Source: an uncultured cyanobacterium
GTDB taxonomy: Bacteria > Cyanobacteriota > Cyanobacteriia > CAKZMO01
Reading direction: 5' to 3'
Assembly: GCA_963719515.1 (NCBI GenBank)
Contig: CAVRCJ010000015.1
Location: forward strand, 64,001-128,000
Length of the DNA stretch: 64,000 nt
Numbering within the stretch: the stretch's first letter is position 1; every line of letters starts with the position of its first letter. The notes below the pieces were generated by a model, which saw only the letters and a program-made list of their open reading frames with translations, did not search any database and was not told the origin of the DNA. A program made the position numbers and the translations under genes. Of this stretch, positions 10,693 to 20,817 are shown in pieces.

Positions 10693-11204
10693 TCGTATTG
10701 TATATTCGAGTCTAGATGTTAGCGATAAAGCGGCTTATATAGTGTATAGGTAGTGCAAAAAAGCGAGAGATACTTCTCAGCAAGATGCACATAATGCTCC
10801 GACTAATGTTTGACCGGATAAAGGTCGCAGCAGAGTCACCCTAAATACGGCATGCTCGGACTGTGAACAGCAGGTAGAAGTATTCATGAAGACCGCATTT
10901 AATGAGAGATTGCATGCCGACTTGCGTTTAATTACCCAAAATCATAGTAAGCGCTCAGTGCAGTGTTCGACTAGCGGTGCTGGAGGATGGTCGAGAGACA
11001 CCAACAGTAAGTCTTTTACACTGAAGACTTGAGCAAAAGCCCAATTGCATAATCGACATCGGGCTTCCAGACCTCTGCTGCTTGAGTGACCCGCAGTCTA
11101 CATGCTTCCACCACGAATATAGCTGGCTTTGCCCTTTATGTCACGAAGGCAACAGGACTAAACAAAGGTTTCACCATTCAGCGCAGTGAGCGCTTCGGTT
11201 AACT

Positions 11205-11708
11205 GGTAGTCCTGAAGATGTAAAGATGCATTGTAGTGACGGATAAAGTGCCAGATAGCACCGATGTGGTACTCCAGCTTCTTCGAGAATGACAGCGTCT
11301 TGCGCACCGGCCGTGAAACCCGCTGACGCTAGGTGCAGTTGAAGCGCTCTATGCGGTTGGTCTTGCCGCTCTCCTTGCCGACCGCCTGGCGGCTGCTGGG
11401 ATATTTCGTAGGCCTCCCAGAAATCAGTGTCCACAGCGCACTGTCGGTAGAGCATAGGCAACGAGCGTCACAGTGCCCTTAATCCGGCTCGGCTGCGGTC
11501 CCCGATGTGGACACCGACAATCTCACGGCTCTCCTCATCGACGGCAAGCCAAATCCACTGCCTGTTGCCTTTGTCGCCTACGAACGACCACGCTTCGTCG
11601 CACTGTAGCGTCAGCCGCCCTTTTTGGTCTGGCGCTGAGCTGCCGGGGAACAGTTGCTCTCCAATCACCAAGCCTCTCAAGCTCCATCCTTATCAGTTAT
11701 GGACTACC
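11205..11708 (-). mobile_element. Internally deleted IS1-family remnant (degraded insB only)
   Basis: Inverted ends GGTAGTCC at 11205 and GGACTACC ending at 11708. Broken DDE fragments read QCDEAWSFVGDK..QWIWLA, TDFWEAY, GKTNRIERFNCT and SFSKKLEYHIGAIWHFIRHYN, interrupted by stops and frameshifts. Confidence 0.88.
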
Positions 11709-11944
11709 GTTGCTAGCTACTCAAATCTGGCTGATTGGCATTTCGGTACAAAAGCTAGGGCATTCTTCCAGCTGAAACGGAAAAGCCCTACTCAAAGCGA
11801 CAGTAACTGCCTTAAGTAGGGCCTGTATAAAAGCTCGTAGGGTTTAATCTTCTTCTGAGAATAAAATTGCTATGCTTCGGGATACGCTGCCAAAAGTCGT
11901 TCTGCGTTTCAGCGCAACGGGTAGCCTTTCCTTTTTACTTGACT

Positions 11945-13105
11945 CTATCTAACGACTTCTTCCAGCTTTGTAGTTTCGTCGCCATCCTCATCTGCCTTTA
12001 AGCGATTGAATACCGACTCCCGCTCCAAAATGCCTACGACCTCATCTCGATCGCTCATCACTACAATAGTATGCACGGCTTCATCCGATAGCTTCGGCAG
12101 CACGTCGATCAGTAGCTCGCCCGCAGGGACCTGGGGTAGCGCAACCGGATGCATCAGCTCTCGTACCGGCACATCCCACCAGTTCATTGTCGGCACCGTC
12201 TTAATATCGTCTACCGCAATCTCTCCCAGCAGGTGGCGATCGCCATCTACTACCAGATACTTTTTCCAGGGAGTCGCGCTACCGATCAAATGCTGATTGG
12301 CAAACTCCCGCAGCGATAGATCTGCGGCGACGACAGGGCTAGGCTCATAAATAGCATCCGCCGCCGTTAGGCCGCTGAGCTGCTCCTGCACGGCAGCCGA
12401 CTGAGCCGAACGCCCGGCGTTCTGCAGCAGAAACCAGCCAATTAGCAGGGTCCAGGGGCTACCGATGAGAGAGACGCCAAACTGCTCGGTGATGCCGAAA
12501 ATAGCGTTCGCACCCAGGGCAATCCCTAGCCAGCCAAAGACCTGACCCACGCGGCTGGCAAAGGCAATTCCTTTGTAAGGTTTGCCGGTAATTTTCCAGA
12601 CGATGGACTTGAGCACATTACCGCCATCAAGGGGCAGCCCAGGAATGAGGTTAAAGATGCCCAGCACAAGGTTGATGTAGGCCAGCAGGCTGATAATCGC
12701 CGCTAGCGGACCTGAAATAGAGGTGAGTAGACCGACGCCGGCAAATAGGCCAAAGAGCACAAAGCTCACCAAAGGGCCTGAGATGGCTACCCAGAAGGCC
12801 CCCCCCGGCGTTTTAGACTCTTCGCCCAGGCTGGCGATCCCGCCAAAAATAAATAGCGTAATCGACTTGACTTCGATGCCCTGACGCATCGCGGCGGCGC
12901 TGTGCCCTAGCTCATGGAGCAGCACCGAGCCAAACATCAGCAGCGCCGTCACCATTCCTAACAGTAAAGGCACAGCGCCGCCGAGCTGATACATCGCTGA
13001 TAGGTCGCTGCTGTAAAACAGCGTCACCAGTCCAAACACAATAAACCAGGACGGATTAATGAAAAACGGAATTCCAAACAGATTTCCGACTCGAATGCTG
13101 CTCAT
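11945..13105 (-). CDS. Site-2 protease (M50) with CBS domains
   Basis: LLHELGH and FNLIPGLPLDGG motifs, TM helices and a C-terminal CBS pair. Confidence 0.93.
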   Translation of the reverse strand: MSSIRVGNLFGIPFFINPSWFIVFGLVTLFYSSDLSAMYQLGGAVPLLLGMVTALLMFGSVLLHELGHSAAAMRQGIEVKSITLFIFGGIASLGEESKTPGGAFWVAISGPLVSFVLFGLFAGVGLLTSISGPLAAIISLLAYINLVLGIFNLIPGLPLDGGNVLKSIVWKITGKPYKGIAFASRVGQVFGWLGIALGANAIFGITEQFGVSLIGSPWTLLIGWFLLQNAGRSAQSAAVQEQLSGLTAADAIYEPSPVVAADLSLREFANQHLIGSATPWKKYLVVDGDRHLLGEIAVDDIKTVPTMNWWDVPVRELMHPVALPQVPAGELLIDVLPKLSDEAVHTIVVMSDRDEVVGILERESVFNRLKADEDGDETTKLEEVVR

Positions 13106-13348
13106 TGCTTACCTCGCGGCCTCAACATAGATCGGATCAGGCTGCAGCTGGGAATGTTTCAGTATCTCTGCTCTATCCCACCGCATCTAGACCTTATTTC
13201 TAGGTTAATGGAATTTCTGGCGGCAGGGATCGTAAAATCACGCCCTGCAGCTGCCGGAAAACCGCCGCAGACGCAGCGGCACTTTCGCCTTAGCAGCGGC
13301 GACGGGGCCTCCAAAGAGCCACGGGAGCGGGGCAGACTCAATTTAGCG

Positions 13349-13651
13349 TTATTGAGGGCGACGCTTAGAGCGGCGGCGTTTAGAGCGGCGGCTTCCAAAA
13401 CGAGGCCTGGGCTGATGACGGAGCTGGGCTACCGCAAACCCCGCCATGATGATCAAAATTAGGTCAACTGCAAGAATCTGTAGGATGTAGGTTTGCGTGG
13501 TTGCTGGGTCGGGGCAGGCGATCGAGGCCTCCAAACTACAAAAGAAAGCGTTGAGAACGACCCAGGGCAAGGTTCCCAAAATCCACAGTAGAACAGCAGC
13601 TAAAAACGAAACTAGGGCTAGGGACATGGGCAGCATCTTTGCGGGCAGCAT
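13349..13651 (-). CDS. Small hypothetical membrane protein
   Basis: Two hydrophobic segments and a basic tail; co-oriented just downstream of proB. Confidence 0.45.
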   Translation of the reverse strand: MLPAKMLPMSLALVSFLAAVLLWILGTLPWVVLNAFFCSLEASIACPDPATTQTYILQILAVDLILIIMAGFAVAQLRHQPRPRFGSRRSKRRRSKRRPQ

Positions 13652-13691
13652 CTCAACAAACTACCACAACCCAACTACCACACCACATTGA

Positions 13692-14798
13692 TCATCCCGC
13701 AGTCAACATCAGATTGTCCCGGTGTACCACCGTATCTTCCCCTTGATACCCCAAAATCTGGGAGATGTCCTGCGATCGCCGCCCTATAATTTGCTGCAGG
13801 TCGCCGCTGCTGTAGTTGACGATGCCCCGGCCCACCTCTTGTCCGGCTGGGTCGCACAGCTGCACCGCATCCTCTTTCTGAAATTCCCCCTCAATTTCCG
13901 TAATGCCCGCCGCTAGCAGCGACTTACCTCGCTCCCGCACCGCCGTAATTGCCCCAGCATCGAGGTAGAGCTTCCCTGCCGCCACGAGGCCATGGGCAAT
14001 CCAACGCTTGCGAGCGGTGGCGGGGCGAGGGCGGGGAGCAAACTGGGTGCCTAGGGTCTCACCGGCTAAAATCCGGGGCAGGTTTTGAGGCGATCGCCCC
14101 TCGGTGATCACTACCCGCACCCCGGCCTCAGTGGCGATGCGGGCCGCAGAAATTTTGGTGGCCATGCCCCCGGTGCCCCAGTCAGAGACGCGATCGCCGA
14201 TGCTGACCTGGCTGGTGAGATCGTCGATGGTATCTACTAGGTGGATAGGCTTGGCGTCGGGGTGATAGCGGGGGTCGGCGGAGTAGAGGCGATCGACGTC
14301 TGTCAAAATAAACAGCCAGTCGGCCTCGATCAAGCTGGCCACCAAGGCTGAGAGGGTGTCGTTGTCGCCAAACTTAATTTCATCTACGGCCACCGTGTCG
14401 TTTTCGTTGACGATGGGCACTATTCCCAATTTCAGCAGCTGGCTAAAGGTACGGTAGGCGTTGACGTAGCGGCTGCGCTGCACCAAATCGCTGCGGGTGA
14501 GCAGCACCTGGGCGATGGGCTGGTTGAGGGTGGTAAACCAGTCGTCGTACACGCGCATGAGGCGGCCCTGTCCCACGGCGGCTACGGCCTGCTTCATGGC
14601 CATGGTTTTGGGCCGCTCCGTTAGCCCCAGCCGGCTGCACCCCACCCCCACCGCCCCAGAAGACACCAGCACCACCCGATGCCCTTCCTGCCGCAGCTGG
14701 GTCAAAGTTTCCACTAAGGTGGCGATCGCCGACAGCGCCAGATTTCCATTGGGGCGCGTCAGGCTTGAGGTGCCAATTTTGATAACTAGGGTGGCCAT
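13692..14798 (-). CDS. proB: Glutamate 5-kinase
   Basis: [25 protein letters not shown] and GTGGMATK motifs; C-terminal PUA domain. Confidence 0.97.
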   Translation of the reverse strand: MATLVIKIGTSSLTRPNGNLALSAIATLVETLTQLRQEGHRVVLVSSGAVGVGCSRLGLTERPKTMAMKQAVAAVGQGRLMRVYDDWFTTLNQPIAQVLLTRSDLVQRSRYVNAYRTFSQLLKLGIVPIVNENDTVAVDEIKFGDNDTLSALVASLIEADWLFILTDVDRLYSADPRYHPDAKPIHLVDTIDDLTSQVSIGDRVSDWGTGGMATKISAARIATEAGVRVVITEGRSPQNLPRILAGETLGTQFAPRPRPATARKRWIAHGLVAAGKLYLDAGAITAVRERGKSLLAAGITEIEGEFQKEDAVQLCDPAGQEVGRGIVNYSSGDLQQIIGRRSQDISQILGYQGEDTVVHRDNLMLTAG

Positions 14799-14801
14799 AG
14801 C

Positions 14802-15314
14802 TCAGAGGGAGACGCCTAAGCGCTTAGAAATCCAGACTTCCGCAGCGTGGATGGGGCGCAAGGTGGCCTCCTGAGCCGGATCGACCATCGGGTCTACCAA
14901 AATGGTGAATAGCCCCAGACGGTTGCCCGCCAGCACGTCGGTAAATAGGCGATCGCCTACCATGGCGACATGCTTCTTCGGCAGGCCCATGTCAGCGGCG
15001 GCCCGCTTTAGCTTACGGCGAGAGGGCTTACGAGCTGCAGAGATGTAGGGCAGATCGAGAGCTTCGGCAATTCGCTTAATGCGAACGGTGCTGGTGTTGT
15101 TGCTCACCAGCCATAACGAGACCAAAGGTCGCACCTCCTCTGCCCAAGCCTCTAGCTCTGGGGAAACGTCGGCGGCGCTAAAGGGCACCAAAGTCTCATC
15201 GACGTCAAGAATCATGCCCAGAAGGCCGTGCTGCTCGATTACCTCAGGGGTGAGGCCTAAAATGGAGCGCTTGAGCACCAGGTCGGGTTGAAGCAGAGAG
15301 CCGAGGTTCAACAT
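14802..15314 (-). CDS. yqeG: YqeG family HAD IIIA phosphatase
   Basis: LDVDETLV, VSNN, KP and VGDRLFTDVLAGNRLG motifs; start moved to ATG 15314 to avoid overlap with mltG. Confidence 0.9.
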   Translation of the reverse strand: MLNLGSLLQPDLVLKRSILGLTPEVIEQHGLLGMILDVDETLVPFSAADVSPELEAWAEEVRPLVSLWLVSNNTSTVRIKRIAEALDLPYISAARKPSRRKLKRAAADMGLPKKHVAMVGDRLFTDVLAGNRLGLFTILVDPMVDPAQEATLRPIHAAEVWISKRLGVSL

Positions 15315-15357
15315 GGAAAACAGCCTGGCAGTAAGCAGGGCAAAACAATAGATAGGT

Positions 15358-16575
15358 CTAGTCAGCAGCGCTACCGGAGTCTTCTGAAGCAGCGCTATTG
15401 GGGTTTGATGAGCGAGTCTCCGTGCCTGGCGCTTCAGTCGCTGGGGCAACCGGCTGTCGGCCCTGATCAACGCGATCGCGAATTTGCCCTTGGGCGCGCT
15501 GGTGCTCGGCCAGGGTGCGGCTAAAGACGTGGGTGCCGTCGTATCGGGCTACGAAGTACAGAAACTCGGTATCGGGGGGATCAAGAGAAGACTCCAGGCT
15601 GGCGATGCCGGGATTGGAAATAGGGCCGGGGGGTAGCCCGGCATTGACGTAGGTGTTGTAGGGGGAGTCGGTTTCCACTTCCGCGTAGGTGAGGGGCCGC
15701 TCAGGGGTCTGGCGAATGCCCAGGGCATATTCCACGGTGGGGTCGGCCCCCAAAGGAATGCCTTCCTCTAAGCGGCGGGCAAACACGGCGGCAATGACGT
15801 CCCGCTCGTCGTCTACCACCGACTCCCGCTCCACGATGCTCGCCAGGGTCACCCACTCCAGCAGAGAGTAGGCGCTGTTGGACTGCTGATAGGCCGGCAG
15901 CGCCAGCTCCTCAAACCGCTGCAGCATCTGGCGAATGACCTGCTCGGGGGTGACGCCCTCGGCGGTCACGTAGGTGTCGGGGTAAAGGAACCCCTCAAAC
16001 TGCTGCTCGGGCTGGCTATAGCTCTCTTTAGGGAGCCAGGGAAACTCTGCGGGGTCCACCTGCCGTAGAGCTTCACGCACCTCGGCTTCGCTCCCCAAAT
16101 CCTGTTCTACGAAGTAGGCCACGATGTCCGCCACCGACCACCCCTCCGGAATGGTGAGGCTACCCACCACCACCTCGCCCCGCCAAATCTGCTCGGCGAT
16201 CGCCTCCATAGGCTGATTGGAAGCAATCTGGTAAGTGCCCGCTAAAAAACCCCCGTCTCGGCCCTGCAAAGACTGCATCCGGGTCCACAGGTTCCAGGCG
16301 GCAGGAGAGCGAATGATGCCGAGCCGAGTGAGATCTAGGCCGATTTGCTGGGCTGAGGTTCCCGGCTCAATTTCGACCCGGACCAAAGCCTCTCCGCCCA
16401 GGTTTGAACCTTCGTCCGGATCTAGGCCTGGATCGGCGTCCAAATCTTCGCTGGGGCGCTCGGCCTGGGCATTTGTGGCCCAGCTCCACCAGCTCCAGCC
16501 CTGCCACCCGCTCAACCCCAAGGCCACAGGCAGGATAATCAAATAAAACAGTCCTTTGACGATACCGGATAGCAT
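15358..16575 (-). CDS. mltG: Endolytic transglycosylase MltG
   Basis: TIPEG, EGFLYPDTY, LASIVERE, SPYNTY..GLPPGPISNPG and LYFVA motifs; likely start ATG 16575. Confidence 0.93.
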   Translation of the reverse strand: MLSGIVKGLFYLIILPVALGLSGWQGWSWWSWATNAQAERPSEDLDADPGLDPDEGSNLGGEALVRVEIEPGTSAQQIGLDLTRLGIIRSPAAWNLWTRMQSLQGRDGGFLAGTYQIASNQPMEAIAEQIWRGEVVVGSLTIPEGWSVADIVAYFVEQDLGSEAEVREALRQVDPAEFPWLPKESYSQPEQQFEGFLYPDTYVTAEGVTPEQVIRQMLQRFEELALPAYQQSNSAYSLLEWVTLASIVERESVVDDERDVIAAVFARRLEEGIPLGADPTVEYALGIRQTPERPLTYAEVETDSPYNTYVNAGLPPGPISNPGIASLESSLDPPDTEFLYFVARYDGTHVFSRTLAEHQRAQGQIRDRVDQGRQPVAPATEAPGTETRSSNPNSAASEDSGSAAD

Positions 16576-16674
16576 AGCGGCTCGGAGTAGCGGGGGGTAG
16601 AGAACAGACTGGAGGAGAATGACAGGCTGTGCCCGTACAGAATTCACCCAGCACAACAGCGACAAGGGCTGAGC

Positions 16675-17256
16675 TTACAGATCGTCAAACAGCTTGTCTT
16701 CGAGCTGGGGACGCATGGTCTGAAACTCTTCTGGGCTGAGCAGCTCCGGCTCGCCGTTCTCCTTCACGCGGGCAAAAATTAGCAGCGGGTCAGTGGGCGT
16801 ACAAATCGAGTACTTTTGCTCTTTGTAGTAAAAGTCCGACAGCAGCTGTAGCTGCTCAGGAGCCATGTCGTCCTCATCGTCCTCACCCAAATCCAGAGTG
16901 ATTAAGCTCTCGTCATCGGGCTGAGGCAGCTCCCCGGTAGCGGTCAGGGTTAAGGCCGTGCGCTCTAGGGTCATGTCCTGCTCGGCCAAAACGGCGCGGG
17001 CGGTGGGAAAGACCTCGTCGAGCTCTTCGTCTGGGATGTCCAGCAGCGTCTCGTCCTCGTCGTCGCCCTCATCCCAGGCAAAAATTTCGATAGGGATATT
17101 GACGGGCATCAACAGGACGTATTCCTGGTCGTCAATATCGATGGAATGCTCCACGTAGCAGGGAAGCGATCGCCCTGATTCATCTGCCAGCACCACAACC
17201 TCCGGGTTGGGGTTGAGGAGATTATCGCTGTTCTCGTTAACACTGTCCTTGGCCAT
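16675..17256 (-). CDS. DUF3727 domain protein
   Basis: L.DE.GRSL.CYVE, A.AVLAEQ..L.RTA.TLT..GELP and P.DPLL.FAR motifs; usual position between ruvX and mltG. Confidence 0.8.
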   Translation of the reverse strand: MAKDSVNENSDNLLNPNPEVVVLADESGRSLPCYVEHSIDIDDQEYVLLMPVNIPIEIFAWDEGDDEDETLLDIPDEELDEVFPTARAVLAEQDMTLERTALTLTATGELPQPDDESLITLDLGEDDEDDMAPEQLQLLSDFYYKEQKYSICTPTDPLLIFARVKENGEPELLSPEEFQTMRPQLEDKLFDDL

Positions 17257-17391
17257 AGCGCCTTCCCTTCTAAACTGATGCGGGCTGTACGGCCCCACGT
17301 TAACCTCATCTAGATTGGGAAACAGCGTCTCCGGCCAGACTTTGGTTTATGTGGATCTTATCAGTTTGTGACCGCCTCTTATTTTCTGGTT

Positions 17392-17808
17392 TTACCGGGA
17401 TCGCCCGTCGAGCCACTGCTGCAAAATTAGGGCGGCGGCCTTGCGGTCGACAGCGGCCTTATTTTGAGAGGGAGACTGGCGGGCCGCTATCATCATCTCC
17501 TCGGCCTCAACCGAGGTCAGCCGCTCATCGACGTACTCTATGGGCAAGTTGAGGGCGGTGCTCAGGCGCTTGGCCAACCGCTGCACCTGCTTTGCCTGCG
17601 AGCCGATTTCCCCATCTAGGGTGTAGGGCAGCCCTACCACCAACACCTCCACCTGACGCTCTGCGGTCAGCTGTTTGAGTAGAGCCACATCTTGGTCAAA
17701 CGAGCGTCTCTCCAAAGTCATTAAGCCGGTCGCCAATAACCCCAGGCGATCGCAGCCCGCGATCCCGATGCGCTTACGGCCAATGTCAAGTCCTAATGCG
17801 GAGACCAC
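17392..17808 (-). CDS. ruvX: YqgF/RuvX nuclease
   Basis: LGLDIGRKRIGIA, VVGLP, DERLTS and D..AAALILQ motifs. Confidence 0.95.
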   Translation of the reverse strand: MVSALGLDIGRKRIGIAGCDRLGLLATGLMTLERRSFDQDVALLKQLTAERQVEVLVVGLPYTLDGEIGSQAKQVQRLAKRLSTALNLPIEYVDERLTSVEAEEMMIAARQSPSQNKAAVDRKAAALILQQWLDGRSR

Positions 17809-19133
17809 GCCCCGCCCTGCTCACCGCGACCGGTGCCGTAGTCACAGTCCCGTATCACACCCGAAGGATATCTAGAACCGGAATCTTGAGCCTGCTCGCG
17901 CCCGTCAGGAGAAGACGGCTCTGAAGATGGCGCAATGCCGTCCTCTTCGGGAGAAAGCTCTTCAAATAGCGATAGTCGCCCCGGAACGGGTTTGCGGCTG
18001 GGCTGAAGCCCCTGCAAAACTTCGACGAGCTGCAGGTTCTCTAGAGATACCGACTTAGTCTCCCGCATCTTATGCCACACGGAGCGGAACATCATCACCG
18101 TCTGCTGCTCTGGGGTTGCCCCAGTCTGCTTGAGGTAGGTTTCCCGCTCGGGCTGATAGTCAGAAGAGTCAAGCTCCAGCGACTGCTCCGGGTAGCTCTG
18201 CAGCAGCTGCGCCATTTGGGAGAGCAGCTCGGGATAGAGGTAAGTATAGGCGGGGTGAACCGTCAGCTGGGCGCTGTGGGGCTGACTGCCGTCTTTAGAA
18301 ATGCAGAGGTTGAAGTAACCGATGGCGGCTTTGCGCTGGGGCTCAAACACGTAGCCCTTCACGGTTTCTTGCTGAGCCATCAGCCGCTTAATGCTCGACA
18401 CTGCGCCTTGAGCGACACCAATGCTGAAGTCAGCAACATGACGGTCAAAAGCCTGCCGCACCAAAGGCGGCATGGATACGGTGTCGAGCTGATAGAGCAG
18501 TCGGGCGTCGGCGTTGCTCACCGGCCGGAGATTGGGAAGGTTGACGGGACGCTCTGATAAGGTGGCCAGAATCTGTGCGGAAAGGGACCAGTAGGTTTTT
18601 TGGGCTAGGGGCTGAAAGCCGTTGGTGCGATACAGGCCAATGCCGAGCTTATCGTTGACGTCCACCTCAACGAGCCAAATGCGGGCGCGCCAGATGATTT
18701 CCAGGCAGTGGCGCAGCAGCAGGGAGGCTGTATCTGTTGACAGACGCTTGCCCGGCAGCGCTTCAGCGCTAGACGAGCCGCTGTCGCGTTTAGCAAGGGA
18801 AGATCGCAGAGAATTGGTGGCCATGATGCGCTCGACGCGCCAGGTGGTGCTGGTTTTATTGAAGGGGGCAACTTGAACAAACCCTTCTAGCCCCTGCTGC
18901 CCTGCCGCAACGTAGGCGGAAAAGGCGTATTGAAACGGATTTGGAAACAGACTCAGGCACTTTAGAGGGCCATACCATTGGCGCACTAGTTCGAGCTGTT
19001 GCCCAATGCTGGCAGAGCGGCTGTAGCTCTCTGTTTCAAAGCCGCTCTCAGCTCGGATTAACCCATCAATCGCCTCTATATCGCGATAGTGAAGCGACCG
19101 AATCGTGAGGGGCGATTGAGGAGTTGGGGTCAT
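17793..19133 (-). CDS. Conserved cyanobacterial GNAT-fold N-acetyltransferase
   Basis: LYR.NGFQPLAQ.TYW and LPNL.PVSNADA.LLYQLDT motifs; overlaps the ruvX start. Confidence 0.75.
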   Translation of the reverse strand: MTPTPQSPLTIRSLHYRDIEAIDGLIRAESGFETESYSRSASIGQQLELVRQWYGPLKCLSLFPNPFQYAFSAYVAAGQQGLEGFVQVAPFNKTSTTWRVERIMATNSLRSSLAKRDSGSSSAEALPGKRLSTDTASLLLRHCLEIIWRARIWLVEVDVNDKLGIGLYRTNGFQPLAQKTYWSLSAQILATLSERPVNLPNLRPVSNADARLLYQLDTVSMPPLVRQAFDRHVADFSIGVAQGAVSSIKRLMAQQETVKGYVFEPQRKAAIGYFNLCISKDGSQPHSAQLTVHPAYTYLYPELLSQMAQLLQSYPEQSLELDSSDYQPERETYLKQTGATPEQQTVMMFRSVWHKMRETKSVSLENLQLVEVLQGLQPSRKPVPGRLSLFEELSPEEDGIAPSSEPSSPDGREQAQDSGSRYPSGVIRDCDYGTGRGEQGGAWSPH

Positions 19134-19157
19134 TAGATCACAGTTGAGTCAAGCTGG

Positions 19158-19549
19158 GTGACATCCTCCCGACGCTGACAGCAAGCTGTACAGCGCGGGC
19201 TTCCTCAGTGACTCCCAGCTATTGCCGGGACATATCCTGAGATAGGTTTATACTCCGCCTGATGCCCCACGGCAGAGTTTTGAATTTTCATCTCCGCGAG
19301 GGAGGATACGCACTATGTGTCGCAGATACATTTGCAAACTGAGGAACGGGTGACTTGCAGCTTTCGCCTACGGGCCCGTCACACTCTTTGCGGGGTGTAT
19401 CACCTTGCTATCTCTATCATACCAACTGCTAGCCTCAGCGCTGAGCGCACTATCCGCTGTGCATCATTTTGCGGGCGCACTTCGGCTAGCGCGACTCTCA
19501 TCCCGACGCTCACCCTAGCGGGTAGAGCGCGGGGCTTCCCGTCTAGTCG
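19158..19549 (-). mobile_element. 392-bp non-autonomous IS200/IS605 derivative, copy 1
   Basis: Left end nearly identical to the left end of the tnpB element at 46438, and about 120 nt of right end homologous to 47810-47920. Preceded by TTAG (CTAA at 19550-19553 on +), ends in TCAC, and differs from 61832-62223 at about 4 positions. Confidence 0.93.
19416..19424 (-). promoter_or_regulatory. Candidate extended -10 promoter inside the mini-element, pointing toward the right end
   Basis: TGGTATGAT (TGn plus TATGAT); identical in copy 2 at 62090-62098. Confidence 0.55.
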
Positions 19550-19641
19550 CTAAACCTTAGCCAAACCACATACTTAGAAGCTAGCACATTTGGCCTTTAC
19601 AGTCTTCTACGCCCTGGCCTTCACCGTCTACGTCCTAAGGC

Positions 19642-20817
19642 TTATTGAGCCGGTCGGATCAAGACCACGGGCGTTTGCTCATCGGCATTGCCCGCCGGGT
19701 TGCTGAGTAGGGCCTCTCGCAACACCGTTTCTGAGAGGTCGGAGGAAGCAGCCAGCACTTTAACAGCCCGCAAATCGTTGACGTCCACGATCGCCGCCGA
19801 CAGGCCGGTTTCCTGCTTAATTTGATCAACAACCCGTTCAGGAGCCTGGGGCCCTAGCACAATGAACTGGTCATAAGGGGGCAGCGTTCCCGTGACGTCG
19901 TCGATTAGACGGGCCTGCTCCCCGGCAAACCGGTAGAATCCGCCGGGGCTCCCGAACACCTTTAGCGCTGACCCGCCGATGAAAGCCGCCATCACCCGCC
20001 AGGCCCCCACAATGTCTACTAGGGCCTGCAGACCGCAGGCGGTCGCCAAGCTTGACGTCGGCATAAAGTAATAGCACAGCCGCTTGGCCACCCACCCCGG
20101 CTTGATCTCGCTAGGATGACGCAAACGCCCCTGCATAATGGCCAGGGGCGTTTCGCCAATAGTGACAATATCGTGGGGCTGGGCGTGGGGGACAACGTAG
20201 CGCTTGACTACTTCTACAGGGTCATCCAGCGGGGAGAGCAGATGAGTGGGAACGGGAAACACCTCTCCAGCCGGGGTTGGCCGTGGGGCTAAAAGGCTGT
20301 CGTGATCGGGGAACGACAGGGGCACGATCACATGCCGCGTCTTGGGGATACGGCCCTCTGGGCCATAGGTGGTGTAGTGGACCTTCACCCAGGCCGATTT
20401 GAGCGATCGCAGATCGCTGCCCTTAATGTCAACGGTGACGGTGAGACCTGTGGTCTTGGCTACTTTAACGATGTAGGCAAACCAATAGCCATCAGGGCGG
20501 GCGTCGGCGTCCGGGTGGTGGGGCTGCACCGTCACCTCATGGGTGACGCCGCTCAGGTCAGTGGCGGCGAGCAGCGTCGCTTCAGCGGTGAGCTGAGGCA
20601 CCATAATTTCCAGGGTGCGGGTTTGGTTTTGCAGCTCCAGGGTCCCCACCAGTTTGTAGTGATCGGGCTCATGGACGGGCAGCTCCCAAGTTCCCAGGGT
20701 CATGGCCAGCTCGTTTCCCGGGCGGCGGCGATACTGCAGCTCAAACGCTATTACGCTTGCGAGCACTACGCCTAGTCCGATAAGAATTGCTCCGATTCCC
20801 GCACCAGCTTGGACCAT
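19642..20817 (-). CDS. F420-0:gamma-glutamyl ligase-like conserved cyanobacterial protein
   Basis: IGETPLAIMQGR, TSSLATACG, IDDVTGTLPPYD, IVDVNDL and NPAGNADEQTP motifs; start ATG 20817 is uncertain. Confidence 0.8.
   Translation of the reverse strand: MVQAGAGIGAILIGLGVVLASVIAFELQYRRRPGNELAMTLGTWELPVHEPDHYKLVGTLELQNQTRTLEIMVPQLTAEATLLAATDLSGVTHEVTVQPHHPDADARPDGYWFAYIVKVAKTTGLTVTVDIKGSDLRSLKSAWVKVHYTTYGPEGRIPKTRHVIVPLSFPDHDSLLAPRPTPAGEVFPVPTHLLSPLDDPVEVVKRYVVPHAQPHDIVTIGETPLAIMQGRLRHPSEIKPGWVAKRLCYYFMPTSSLATACGLQALVDIVGAWRVMAAFIGGSALKVFGSPGGFYRFAGEQARLIDDVTGTLPPYDQFIVLGPQAPERVVDQIKQETGLSAAIVDVNDLRAVKVLAASSDLSETVLREALLSNPAGNADEQTPVVLIRPAQ

Noticed and set aside
19340..19385. Group II intron domain V or ribozyme (IStron-like) in the mini-element
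   Set aside because: The GAAA-capped hairpin ending GTTC is only superficially similar. It has no AGC/CGC catalytic triad in register and no room for other intron domains.
19317..19553. 78-aa ORF repeated at 61991-62227
   Set aside because: It lies antisense within the 392-bp element, runs through the end hairpin and has no recognisable motif; it is conserved only because the element is duplicated.
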